Assembly: GCF_024223415.1 (NCBI RefSeq)
Contig: NZ_CP100500.1
Reading direction: 5' to 3' (one strand)
From: Escherichia coli
Lineage (GTDB): Bacteria > Pseudomonadota > Gammaproteobacteria > Enterobacterales > Enterobacteriaceae
Length of the DNA: 64,000 nt
Each line of letters begins with the position of its first letter. Position 1 is the stretch's first letter. The notes below the pieces were generated by a model that made no database searches, was not told the origin of the DNA, and worked only from the letters and a program-made list of their open reading frames with translations. Shown here one piece after another: positions 46,796 through 55,438 of the stretch. A program made the translations under genes and the position numbers.

Positions 46796-47329
46796 ATGAA
46801 CACCAAAATCAAATATGGCCTGTCGGCTGCCGTTCTGGCACTGATTGCCGTCGGTGCGCCTGCGCCTGATATTCTCGACCAGTTTCTGGATGAAAAAGAA
46901 GGTAACCACACAACGGCATACCGCGATGGTTCCGGTATATGGACCATCTGTCGTGGTGCCACAATGGTGGATGGTAAGCCCGTCATACCGGGAATGAAGC
47001 TGTCGAAGGAAAAATGCGTTCAGGTTAATGCCATTGAGCGTGATAGGGCGCTGGCATGGGTGGAGCGCAATATTAAAGTACCTCTGACCGAAGCACAGAA
47101 AGCGGGTATTGCGTCATTCTGTCCCTATAACATTGGCCCCGGTAAGTGTTTCCCGTCGACGTTTTATAAGCGGCTTAATGCCGGTGATCGTAAAGGTGCC
47201 TGTGAGTCGATTCGCTGGTGGATTAAGGACGGTGGGCGTGATTGCCGCACACGTTCAAATAACTGCTACGGACAGGTTATTCGTCGTGACCAGGAAGCAG
47301 CACTTGTGTGCTGGGATATCGACAGATGA
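46796..47329 (+). CDS. SAR endolysin (phage 21 R-type lysozyme)
   Basis: 177 aa; N-terminal signal-anchor-release helix (GLSAAVLALIAVGAPA); lysozyme core (TICRGAT...). Confidence 0.85.
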   Translation: MNTKIKYGLSAAVLALIAVGAPAPDILDQFLDEKEGNHTTAYRDGSGIWTICRGATMVDGKPVIPGMKLSKEKCVQVNAIERDRALAWVERNIKVPLTEAQKAGIASFCPYNIGPGKCFPSTFYKRLNAGDRKGACESIRWWIKDGGRDCRTRSNNCYGQVIRRDQEAALVCWDIDR

Positions 47330-47421
47330 GCAGAATATTTTGCTGAAAAATGACGTTGGCCAACGCGGACGGATAACACGATATTCGACATAAATGAATT
47401 TAAATAGTGAATAAAAGCAGA

Positions 47422-47458
47422 AACCCCGATTGTTGGTCGCAATCGGGGTTTTGTGTTT
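47422..47458 (+). terminator. rho-independent terminator inside the R-Rz insert
   Basis: 11-bp stem aaccccgattg/caatcggggtt followed by TTTTGTGTTTCT. Confidence 0.7.
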
Positions 47459-47644
47459 CTGGCAGTAAGTTATGGGAGGCTGCCTTGATTAATTTTAGCG
47501 GAGGAGACTGGATTGTGGAAGCTCTGAAATTGCTCGAAAGAAGTCCGGTTCTGAGAAGAATGTTTTATATAGCTCTTATAGTTATCGGAGCATTCGCCGT
47601 TGCGAAATCACTTCCGGGAATAGCTGAAATCATAAAGGCGCTGA

Positions 47645-47818
47645 ATGCATAAAGAATACCTGGCTGAGGCTGACAAACAGGTCTCTGAATTGAAAGCTCC
47701 GGTAACCGATGACATCAGCGGAGCGGTGGCTTTTGCCATTAAGTGGGTGGCAGTCGGCGTTGCTATATCACCGGTACTGTATGGGCTGGCAAAGCTGGTT
47801 ATTGCGTTGAAATCATAA
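47645..47818 (+). CDS. small hydrophobic peptide (57 aa) carried on the R-Rz insert
   Basis: ATG 47645 to TAA 47818, MHKEYLAEADKQVSELKAPVTDDISGAVAFAIKWVAVGVAISPVLYGLAKLVIALKS, one TM helix; not in the ORF track. A second possible peptide MFYIALIVIGAFAVAKSLPGIAEIIKALNA (47560..47652) directly precedes it. Confidence 0.35.
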   Translation: MHKEYLAEADKQVSELKAPVTDDISGAVAFAIKWVAVGVAISPVLYGLAKLVIALKS

Positions 47819-47881
47819 CTGTTACGGCCAGGTTATTCGTCGTGACCAGGAAAGTGCATTAGCCTGTTGGGGGATAGATCA

Positions 47882-48349
47882 GTGAGCAGAGTCGCCGCGA
47901 TTATTTATGCTCTGGTTATCTGCATCATCGTCTGCCTGTCGTGGGCGGTCAATCATTACCGTGATAACGCCATCGCCTACAAAGAACAGCGTGATAAAAA
48001 AGTCAGTGAGCTGAAGCAGGCGACCGCCACCATTACTGACATGCAGCAACGCCAGCGTGCTGCTGATGTACTCGATGCTAAATACACGAAGGAGTTGGCT
48101 GATGCGAAAGCTGAAAATGATGCTCTTCGGCGCAAGCTTGATAATGGTGGTCGGGTGCTCGTCAAAGGAAAATGCTCTGTGCCATCCTCAGCCGAAACCT
48201 CCAGCGCCTCCGGCATGGGCAATGATGCCACCGTCGAACTCTCTCCAGTTGCTGGACGAAACGTTCTCGGTATCCGGGACGGAATCATCAGAGACCAGAC
48301 AGCACTGAGAACGCTTCAGGAATATATCAGGACGCAATGCCTTCGATGA
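47882..48349 (+). CDS. i-spanin Rz
   Basis: ORF 47867..48349; lambda Rz-like sequence ([33 protein letters not shown]...) beginning at a GTG aligned with lambda Rz Met1. Confidence 0.85.
   Translation: MSRVAAIIYALVICIIVCLSWAVNHYRDNAIAYKEQRDKKVSELKQATATITDMQQRQRAADVLDAKYTKELADAKAENDALRRKLDNGGRVLVKGKCSVPSSAETSSASGMGNDATVELSPVAGRNVLGIRDGIIRDQTALRTLQEYIRTQCLR
48102..48308 (+). CDS. o-spanin Rz1 (lipoprotein, nested in +1 frame of Rz)
   Basis: ORF 48057..48308; start [21 protein letters not shown] with lipobox VVGC; proline-rich mature part ([16 protein letters not shown]). Confidence 0.8.
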   Translation: MRKLKMMLFGASLIMVVGCSSKENALCHPQPKPPAPPAWAMMPPSNSLQLLDETFSVSGTESSETRQH

Positions 48350-48521
48350 TAGCGATAATTTTACTGATCATCCTTCACATCTGGCTCTGTAGACAGGGTG
48401 GTGATCACTTCTGGAGTGAATCCAGATTAAACATCTCATTGCTGATGCTTGAAGTTGAGCATCTGGCGCGCGGTAAGGGGCTGCGTTGAAATAAGAGCCA
48501 GTCATTAAAAATACCTGGATT

Positions 48522-48548
48522 TAGCCTCGCATTCGCGGGGCTTTTTAT
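48522..48548 (+). terminator. hairpin + T-run after Rz/Rz1
   Basis: agcctcgc-att-cgcggggct followed by TTTTTATT. Confidence 0.55.
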
Positions 48549-48550
48549 TG

Positions 48551-48776
48551 CCATTACAAAAGCCACTCCCTACAGAGTGGCTTTGATAATGGCTTATACC
48601 CTACACGGGATAACTTAACTGATATCCCTTTTAACGGATAAAGGTATTCAAGCCTGACACATCATGCGCTGTATCGTCGCCGTATTCCCGTATTAACAGA
48701 GACCGTAGCCCGACGGGGAACTCCTTCTGCGAGAGTGTGCGGGAATAATCAAAAACGATGCACACCGGGTTTTTAC
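48551..48776. repeat. ~225-bp direct repeat, left copy (DR-L)
   Basis: Near-identical to 50338..50562 (a few mismatches); weaker similarity continues ~70 bp further in both copies. Confidence 0.85.
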
Positions 48777-48899
48777 CGCGCTAATGATTCGCGGGTTTGT
48801 CCCTCATGCTCGCCAGTCCTGTGCGAGGGTGGAAGAAACAGGGCATGTATTCAGGAGCGTGCGACCGTGGTCGCACGGTATCTTTGTCAGGAGGTTTTG

Positions 48900-49760
48900 A
48901 TGAAAGAGTTGCAAAAAATTAATTCAATAATGGAAAGGTTAAGTGCTCTTGAGCGTAAGCTGGACGATTGTGGAAAGCTGTGTGTTGAAAAGCAAAATGA
49001 GCTTTACCGGGAATTTTTTACAATCGTAAGTGAGCTGATGCCAATTGTTAATAACTGCCTGATGACATCCAGATTTTTTAATGTCGATGCTACTACATCC
49101 AGAAAATTTTCTGTGAAAATTCAAGAAAGAGTTTCTGGTAGTGTGACAAGAGAGATGGCTGAACAGTTGGTGGCAATGAGCAATAAAACAAAAAGAAAAA
49201 AGGCATTGCTTGTAACAGCAAATCAGCTTTCAGGGCGCGTTGACTTTCAGGTCAGACAGGGTGGGCGTGTACTGGTAAATGATGCGTTCGTTGGACGTAG
49301 CTTTAGTCCTTACTCGATAAAATATGATGTTGATGCAGATGATCAGGATATCAGCATTTCCTGGAAATCTGAGACAGCAGGGATTGTATTAACAGCAGAG
49401 TTGTTGAGTGATGATAAAAATGATGTCCAGCATCATTTGGACGAAAAGAATCATATTTCTGAAATTTGTATGAAGCCACGCAGCGGAATGACTTTATTGT
49501 CACGCACTCTTGCTGCTGGCTTTTCTGCACCGGAAAAACGTGTGCTTCTGGTAGTGCCTGAAGATGCAGATATTCGACCACTGAATGGCTGTGATGTTAT
49601 TAGTGCAAAAACATTGCATACCCGCGTCATTCCTGTACCGGATGTGGTCATTATTGATGATGTTGAGAAATGCAAGTCTGTTTCCTCAACTGCCACAATC
49701 AAGCGAATTTTACGTTGTAGCACGTCGGCTGTTGTATTCCGGAAGCAGTTACATAACTAA
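48900..49760 (+). CDS. hypothetical protein (286 aa), first gene of AT-rich cassette
   Basis: ORF 48735..49760; probable start Met56 MKELQKINSIMERLSALERKLDD... with AGGAGG RBS; coiled-coil-like N-terminus; AT-rich codon usage unlike surrounding phage genes. Confidence 0.55.
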   Translation: MKELQKINSIMERLSALERKLDDCGKLCVEKQNELYREFFTIVSELMPIVNNCLMTSRFFNVDATTSRKFSVKIQERVSGSVTREMAEQLVAMSNKTKRKKALLVTANQLSGRVDFQVRQGGRVLVNDAFVGRSFSPYSIKYDVDADDQDISISWKSETAGIVLTAELLSDDKNDVQHHLDEKNHISEICMKPRSGMTLLSRTLAAGFSAPEKRVLLVVPEDADIRPLNGCDVISAKTLHTRVIPVPDVVIIDDVEKCKSVSSTATIKRILRCSTSAVVFRKQLHN

Positions 49761-49886
49761 CCAGTTTTGTTTTGCAGAACATCCTCAACTAAAAGCTTAT
49801 AGAAAGAGAGCCTGAGATATTTTTTCTGTCTCTCGTAGTTGTTTGTTTTTTTTTTCGAACAGGCTTACAACTTACAGGATATAAAC

Positions 49887-50336
49887 ATGCAAGAAGAAGC
49901 AAATAAAATTCTTGTTGATTTATTGAAGAAGGCCAGCGATGGAATTGATTCCGCCATTGCATTCAGTCAGGCTCAGATTCCGGATGTTGTTCATCAGTTG
50001 CTGGTATGGAATATGGTTGATAGCCTGATTAAAACATTAATAGCCATTTCAACAATCCCTCTGGTTTTCTGGTTTATGAAGAAGCAGTGCCAAAGAGTTG
50101 AGACAGGTAAAATCGGTGATGAAGGATATTCATGGGAGAAGGGAAATCCCAAATACAGGCCGACAATGGTTTGGGATAGCAAAGGTGATATTAATCTTCT
50201 TATCGTGCCATTGGTTGGAGTTTTGACTATGTGGGGGATTTTTATTATTTGTGCAGTAACCAATATGACATGGTTAAAAATCTGGCTGGCACCTAAGTTA
50301 TATCTAATCGAATACGCAGCATCACTAATTAAATAG
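49887..50336 (+). CDS. hypothetical membrane protein (149 aa, two predicted TM helices), second gene of AT-rich cassette
   Basis: ORF 49839..50336; start MQEEANKILVDLLKK...; hydrophobic segments LIKTLIAISTIPLVFWFM and LLIVPLVGVLTMWGIFIICAV. Confidence 0.55.
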   Translation: MQEEANKILVDLLKKASDGIDSAIAFSQAQIPDVVHQLLVWNMVDSLIKTLIAISTIPLVFWFMKKQCQRVETGKIGDEGYSWEKGNPKYRPTMVWDSKGDINLLIVPLVGVLTMWGIFIICAVTNMTWLKIWLAPKLYLIEYAASLIK

Positions 50337-50337
50337 T

Positions 50338-50562
50338 CCATTACAAAAGCCATTCGCTACAGAGTGGCTTTGATAATGGTTTATACCCTGTACGGGATAA
50401 CTTAACTGATATCCCTTTTAACGGATAAAGGTATTCAAGCCTGACACATCATGCGCTGTATCGTCGCCGTATTCCCGTATTAACAGAGACCGTAGCCCGA
50501 CGGGGAACTCCTTCTGCGCGAGTGTGCGGGAATAATCAAAAACGATGCACACCGGGTTTTAC
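50338..50562. repeat. ~225-bp direct repeat, right copy (DR-R)
   Basis: See DR-L. Confidence 0.85.
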
Positions 50563-50631
50563 TGTGCTGACAGACGCAGGGTTACTCTCATAGTCGCTTT
50601 TCCGGTGCGATGGTGGAAGAAACCGGGATGT

Positions 50632-50826
50632 TTATTCATCATCTATTTGGATTGATGTATATGCTCTCTTTTCTGACGTTAGTCTCCGACGGCAGGCTTC
50701 AATGACCCAGGCTGAGAAATTCCCGGACCCTTTTTGCTCAAGAGCGATGTTAATTTGTTCAATCATTTGGTTAGGAAAGCGGATGTTGCGGGTTGTTGTT
50801 CTGCGGGTTTTGTTCTTCGTTGACAT
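50632..50826 (-). CDS. YlcI/YnfO-family small prophage protein
   Basis: 64 aa; MSTKNKTRRTTTRNIRFPNQMIEQINIALEQKGSGNFSAWVIEACRRRLTSEKRAY... near-identical to remembered DLP12 YlcI. Confidence 0.8.
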   Translation of the reverse strand: MSTKNKTRRTTTRNIRFPNQMIEQINIALEQKGSGNFSAWVIEACRRRLTSEKRAYTSIQIDDE

Positions 50827-51023
50827 GAGGTTGCCCCGTATTCAGTGTCGCTGATTTGTATTGTCTGAAGTTGTTTTTACGTTAAGTTGATGCAGATCAA
50901 TTAATACGATACCTGCGTCATAATTTATTATTTGACGTGGTTTGATGGCGTAGATGCACGTTGTGACATGTAGATGATAATTATTATCATTTTGCGGGTC
51001 CTTTCCGGCATGTGGACCGTTAC

Positions 51024-51036
51024 GGGGCGTCGACCT
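51024..51036. other. cosN-like cohesive-end site
   Basis: ACGGGGCGTCGACCTCGCGGTTTTTCGCTATTTATGA is near-identical to the lambda left end GGGCGGCGACCTCGCGGGTTTTCGCTATTTATGA, ~220 bp upstream of the Nu1-like gene. Confidence 0.7.
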
Positions 51037-51252
51037 CGCGGTTTTTCGCTATTTATGAGATTTTTTGAGGGGGTGGTTGTTGTTTAATTGTTTGGTATAT
51101 CTAATTGATAAGTAAGGTGAAAATAAAATAAATACAACAACCTTACGATGTGCTTTGATGTCATTAATGTGAAAAAATTAAATGATATCAAATGGTTTTG
51201 TAAAAACACATGGTTGTTGTATCGCTTTTTATCGATGACTTATGGAGAGGAG

Positions 51253-51759
51253 ATGGCCTTTTTATTGAATAAAAGTGATATGGCCTCCTCCATCGGTATC
51301 TCTGTTCAGGCATTTGATAAATGGGGTGTTCCTCCTGTCGAGCGTCGGGGGAGGGAAGTTTTTTATGACGTTAAAACTGTACTGGAGATAGATCGCGAGC
51401 GGCGACAACACAATCATAGAACACCTGATGACGGGGGCGATCTGGAGGAAAGGCTGCTTCGGGCCAGAGCTGAACTGACAGAAGAACAGGCCGTAGCTCA
51501 AAAACTTAAAAATCAGGTAACCGAAGGTAAGCTCATCGATTCAGACTTCTGCGTTTTCGCCCTCAGCAAGCTGGCGATGGCATTGTCCAGTACGCTTGAT
51601 TCTATTCCGTTATCCATGCAGCGACAGTTCCCGGATTTAACGCCACGTCATCTTGACCATCTGAAAACCCTTATTGCGAAGGGCGCAAATCAGTGTGCGC
51701 GGGCAGGGGATAAATTACCGGATTTGCTGGATGAATATATCAGAGCAACAACTGAATAA
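51253..51759 (+). CDS. terminase small subunit (lambda Nu1-like)
   Basis: ORF 51148..51759; start MAFLLNKSDMASSIGISVQAFDKWG... (RBS GGAGAGGAG) aligns with lambda Nu1 N-terminus; C-terminal ...FPDLTPRHLDHLK... Nu1-like. Confidence 0.85.
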   Translation: MAFLLNKSDMASSIGISVQAFDKWGVPPVERRGREVFYDVKTVLEIDRERRQHNHRTPDDGGDLEERLLRARAELTEEQAVAQKLKNQVTEGKLIDSDFCVFALSKLAMALSSTLDSIPLSMQRQFPDLTPRHLDHLKTLIAKGANQCARAGDKLPDLLDEYIRATTE

Positions 51760-53659
51760 TCTGATGGCTGCCGTTTCGGTTGCGCTGCAGCCTCTGGTCA
51801 GGGTTGTACCGATGACGGCAGTTGAATGGGCTGATCAAAATTATTATCTGCCGAAAGAATCCTCATACGGTGACGGCGAATGGAAAACGCTGCCGTTCCA
51901 GATCGCCATCATGAACAGTATGGGGAATGATCAGGTCCGCACTGTTAATCTGATTAAATCTGCCCGTATTGGTTATACAAAGATGTTGCTGGGGGTGGTC
52001 GGGTATTTTATTGAGCATAAATCCCGAAACAGTCTGCTTTTTCAGCCCACGGATTCTGCCGCTGAAGATTTTATGAAGTCTCACGTGGAGACGACGATTA
52101 GGGACGTGCCATGCCTGAAAGACCTTTCCCCATGGCTGGGTCGTAAACATCGTGATAATACCCTCACGCTGAAACGCTTTTCATCGGGCGTCGGTTTCTG
52201 GTGCCTGGGCGGCGCTGCCGCCAAAAACTACCGTGAAAAATCCGTGGACGTGGTCTGCTATGACGAACTCTCATCGTTTGAACCTGATGTTGAAAAAGAG
52301 GGCTCGCCAACCCTGCTGGGGGATAAGCGTATTGAGGGCTCTGTATGGCCAAAATCCATTCGCGGCTCGACGCCTAAAATCAAAGGCTCCTGCCAGATCG
52401 AAAAAGCCGCTAACGAGTCGGCACATTTCATGCGTTTTTATGTGCCCTGTCCGCACTGTGGGGAGGAGCAGTATCTGAAATTTGGTGATGATGCCTCGGC
52501 TTTCGGTCTTAAGTGGGAGAAGAATAAGCCAGAAAGTGTTTTCTACCTTTGTGAGCATCATGGCTGTGTGATCCATCAGTCTGAGCTTGACCAGAGTAAC
52601 GGGCGGTGGATCTGTGAAAACACGGGGATGTGGACCCGTGACGGTCTGACGTTTTTCAGCGCCCGGGGTGATGAAATTCCGCCGCCGCGCTCCATCACTT
52701 TCCATATCTGGACGGCGTACAGTCCGTTCACCACCTGGGTACAGATAGTCTATGACTGGCTGGATGCACTGAAAGATCCCAACGGCCTGAAAACCTTTGT
52801 GAACACCACGCTGGGCGAGACCTGGGAAGAGGCCGTGGGCGAAAAACTCGATCACCAGGTACTGATGGATAAGGTTGTGCGTTACACGGCGGCGGTGCCT
52901 GCCCGGGTGGTTTATCTGACGGCGGGCATTGACTCGCAGCGAAACCGTTTTGAGATGTATGTCTGGGGATGGGCTCCGGGAGAGGAAGCCTTTCTGGTGG
53001 ATAAAATCATCATTATGGGACGTCCCGATGAGGAAGAGACGCTGTTACGTGTGGATGCGGCGATCAACAAAAAATACTGCCATGCAGACGGAACCGAAAT
53101 GACCATTTCCCGTGTCTGCTGGGACATCGGGGGGATCGATGGCGAAATCGTTTATCAGAGGTCAAAAAAACACGGTGTTTTCCGGGTGCTGCCGGTAAAA
53201 GGCGCATCTGTCTATGGCAAGCCGGTGATCACCATGCCAAAAACCCGCAATCAGCGGGGCGTGTATCTGTGTGAAGTGGGGACGGACACCGCAAAAGAAA
53301 TTCTCTATGCCCGTATGAAAGCCGCTCCCACGCCTGCGGATGAATCCACGTCGTATGCCATCCGTTTTCCTGATGATCCGGAGATTTTTTCGCAGACAGA
53401 GGCGCAGCAACTGGTCGCGGAAGAGCTTGTGGAGAAGTGGGAAAAAGGAAAGATGCGTCTGCTGTGGGATAACAAAAAGCGGCGTAACGAAGCGCTGGAC
53501 TGCCTGGTGTATGCCTACGCGGCATTACGTGTGTCCGTGCAACGCTGGCAGCTTGATCTGGCTGTACTGGCAAAATCCCGGGAAGAAGAGACGACCCGGC
53601 CAACCCTTAAAGAACTGGCAGCGAAGCTGTCCGGAGGAGTGAATGGTTACAGTCGCTGA
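51731..53659 (+). CDS. terminase large subunit (lambda gpA-like)
   Basis: ORF 51674..53659; start MNISEQQLNNL...; long colinear similarity to lambda A (TAVEWADQNYYLPKES..., FHIWTAYSPFTTWVQIV...). Confidence 0.92.
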   Translation: MNISEQQLNNLMAAVSVALQPLVRVVPMTAVEWADQNYYLPKESSYGDGEWKTLPFQIAIMNSMGNDQVRTVNLIKSARIGYTKMLLGVVGYFIEHKSRNSLLFQPTDSAAEDFMKSHVETTIRDVPCLKDLSPWLGRKHRDNTLTLKRFSSGVGFWCLGGAAAKNYREKSVDVVCYDELSSFEPDVEKEGSPTLLGDKRIEGSVWPKSIRGSTPKIKGSCQIEKAANESAHFMRFYVPCPHCGEEQYLKFGDDASAFGLKWEKNKPESVFYLCEHHGCVIHQSELDQSNGRWICENTGMWTRDGLTFFSARGDEIPPPRSITFHIWTAYSPFTTWVQIVYDWLDALKDPNGLKTFVNTTLGETWEEAVGEKLDHQVLMDKVVRYTAAVPARVVYLTAGIDSQRNRFEMYVWGWAPGEEAFLVDKIIIMGRPDEEETLLRVDAAINKKYCHADGTEMTISRVCWDIGGIDGEIVYQRSKKHGVFRVLPVKGASVYGKPVITMPKTRNQRGVYLCEVGTDTAKEILYARMKAAPTPADESTSYAIRFPDDPEIFSQTEAQQLVAEELVEKWEKGKMRLLWDNKKRRNEALDCLVYAYAALRVSVQRWQLDLAVLAKSREEETTRPTLKELAAKLSGGVNGYSR

Positions 53660-53849
53660 ACTGCAGGCGCTGCGTCAGGCGCGCCTTGATTTATTAACCG
53701 GTAAACGGGTGGTGTCTGTCCAGAAAGATGGTCGCAGAATTGAATATACGGCGGCTTCTCTGGATGAGCTTAACCGGGCGATCAATGATGCGGAGTCGGT
53801 ACTGGGGACAACCCGACGTCGCCGTCGTCCGCTGGGAGTGAGGTTATGA
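53643..53849 (+). CDS. head-tail joining protein (lambda gpW-like)
   Basis: 68 aa; ...LLTGKRVVSVQKDGRRIEYTAASL... matches lambda W. Confidence 0.88.
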   Translation: MVTVAELQALRQARLDLLTGKRVVSVQKDGRRIEYTAASLDELNRAINDAESVLGTTRRRRRPLGVRL

Positions 53850-55438
53850 AAAGAACGCCTGTCCTGATTGATGTGAACGGCGTTCCGCTTCGTGAGAGTC
53901 TCAGCTACAACGGGGGCGGCGCAGGATTTGGCGGGCAAATGGCGGAGTGGTTGCCACCGGCGCAGAGTGTCGATGCGGCCCTGCTGCCCGCGTTGCGTCT
54001 GGGGAATGCCCGGGCAGATGATCTGGTGCGCAATAACGGAATAGCGGCTAATGCGGTGGCCCTGCATAAGGATCACATAGTCGGGCATATGTTTCTGATC
54101 AGCTACCGTCCGAACTGGCGCTGGCTGGGGATGCGGGAGACCGCAGCAAAAAGCTTTGTCGATGAGGTGGAGGCGGCCTGGTCGGAATACGCCGAAGGGA
54201 TGTCTGGCGAGATCGACGTGGAAGGAAAACGCACGTTCACGGAATTTATCCGTGAAGGTGTGGGCGTTCATGCGTTTAACGGCGAAATCTTTGTGCAGCC
54301 GGTCTGGGATACGGAAACCACGCAGTTATTCCGTACGCGTTTTAAAGCCGTGAGTCCGAAACGGGTGGACACGCCTGGACACGGTATGGGGAACCGCTTT
54401 CTGCGGGCCGGGGTGGAGGTCGATCGGCATGGACGGGCCGTTGCGTACCATATCTGTGAGGATGATTTTCCGCTCTCTGGTAGTGGACGATGGGAACGGA
54501 TCCCGCGTGAACTTCCCACCGGGCGTCCGGCCATGCTGCATATTTTCGAGCCGGTTGAGGACGGGCAGACCCGTGGGGCTAATCAGTTTTACAGCGTCAT
54601 GGAACGGCTGAAAATGCTCGATTCCCTGCAGGCAACACAGCTTCAGTCAGCCATAGTGAAGGCGATGTATGCAGCGACGATTGAAAGTGAACTTGATACC
54701 GAAAAGGCCTTTGAATATATCGCCGGTGCGCCGGAGGGGCAGAAGGATAATCCGCTTATTAATATTCTGGAGAAGTTCTCCAGCTGGTATGACACGAATA
54801 ACGTGACACTGGGCGGTGTCAAAATTCCGCACCTTTTCCCCGGTGATGATCTGAAACTACAGACTGCGCAGGATTCAGACAATGGATTTTCTGCGCTTGA
54901 ACAGGCGCTGCTGCGGTATATCGCCGCCGGTCTTGGCGTTTCCTACGAACAGTTGTCCCGTGATTACTCGAAGGTCAGTTATTCAAGTGCCCGCGCCTCC
55001 GCCAATGAGTCGTGGCGCTATTTTATGGGGCGGCGAAAATTTATTGCGGCCCGGCTGGCCACGCAGATGTTTTCCTGCTGGCTGGAAGAGGCTCTTCTGC
55101 GGGGGATTATTCGTCCGCCACGGGCGCGTTTTGATTTTTATCAGGCGCGTTCATCCTGGTCACGGGCAGAGTGGATTGGAGCCGGAAGAATGGCCATTGA
55201 CGGGCTCAAGGAGGTCCAGGAATCGGTGATGCGCATTGAGGCCGGACTGAGCACGTATGAGAAAGAGCTGGCGCTGATGGGTGAGGATTATCAGGACATT
55301 TTCCGCCAGCAGGTCAGGGAATCTGCAGAGCGGGAAAAAGCCGGACTCTCACGTCCGGTGTGGATAGCGCAGGCGTATCAGCAGCAGATAGCGGCGAGTC
55401 GCAGGCCGGAAGAGGAGACAACACCACGTGAGACGTAA
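53846..55438 (+). CDS. portal protein (lambda gpB-like)
   Basis: 530 aa; extensive similarity to lambda B (GANQFYSVMERLKMLDSLQATQLQSAIVKAMYAATIESELDT...). Confidence 0.92.
   Translation: MKRTPVLIDVNGVPLRESLSYNGGGAGFGGQMAEWLPPAQSVDAALLPALRLGNARADDLVRNNGIAANAVALHKDHIVGHMFLISYRPNWRWLGMRETAAKSFVDEVEAAWSEYAEGMSGEIDVEGKRTFTEFIREGVGVHAFNGEIFVQPVWDTETTQLFRTRFKAVSPKRVDTPGHGMGNRFLRAGVEVDRHGRAVAYHICEDDFPLSGSGRWERIPRELPTGRPAMLHIFEPVEDGQTRGANQFYSVMERLKMLDSLQATQLQSAIVKAMYAATIESELDTEKAFEYIAGAPEGQKDNPLINILEKFSSWYDTNNVTLGGVKIPHLFPGDDLKLQTAQDSDNGFSALEQALLRYIAAGLGVSYEQLSRDYSKVSYSSARASANESWRYFMGRRKFIAARLATQMFSCWLEEALLRGIIRPPRARFDFYQARSSWSRAEWIGAGRMAIDGLKEVQESVMRIEAGLSTYEKELALMGEDYQDIFRQQVRESAEREKAGLSRPVWIAQAYQQQIAASRRPEEETTPRET

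Noticed and set aside
47407-47652. 81-aa ORF as a whole
   Set aside because: Its N-terminal two-thirds runs through a strong rho-independent terminator hairpin (47422..47458); only the C-terminal ~30-aa hydrophobic peptide might be real.
48900-50336. RexA/RexB homologues
   Set aside because: Architecture (soluble protein + small membrane protein) is similar, but I see no sequence similarity to lambda RexA/RexB and ORF2 has two rather than four TM helices; left as unknown.
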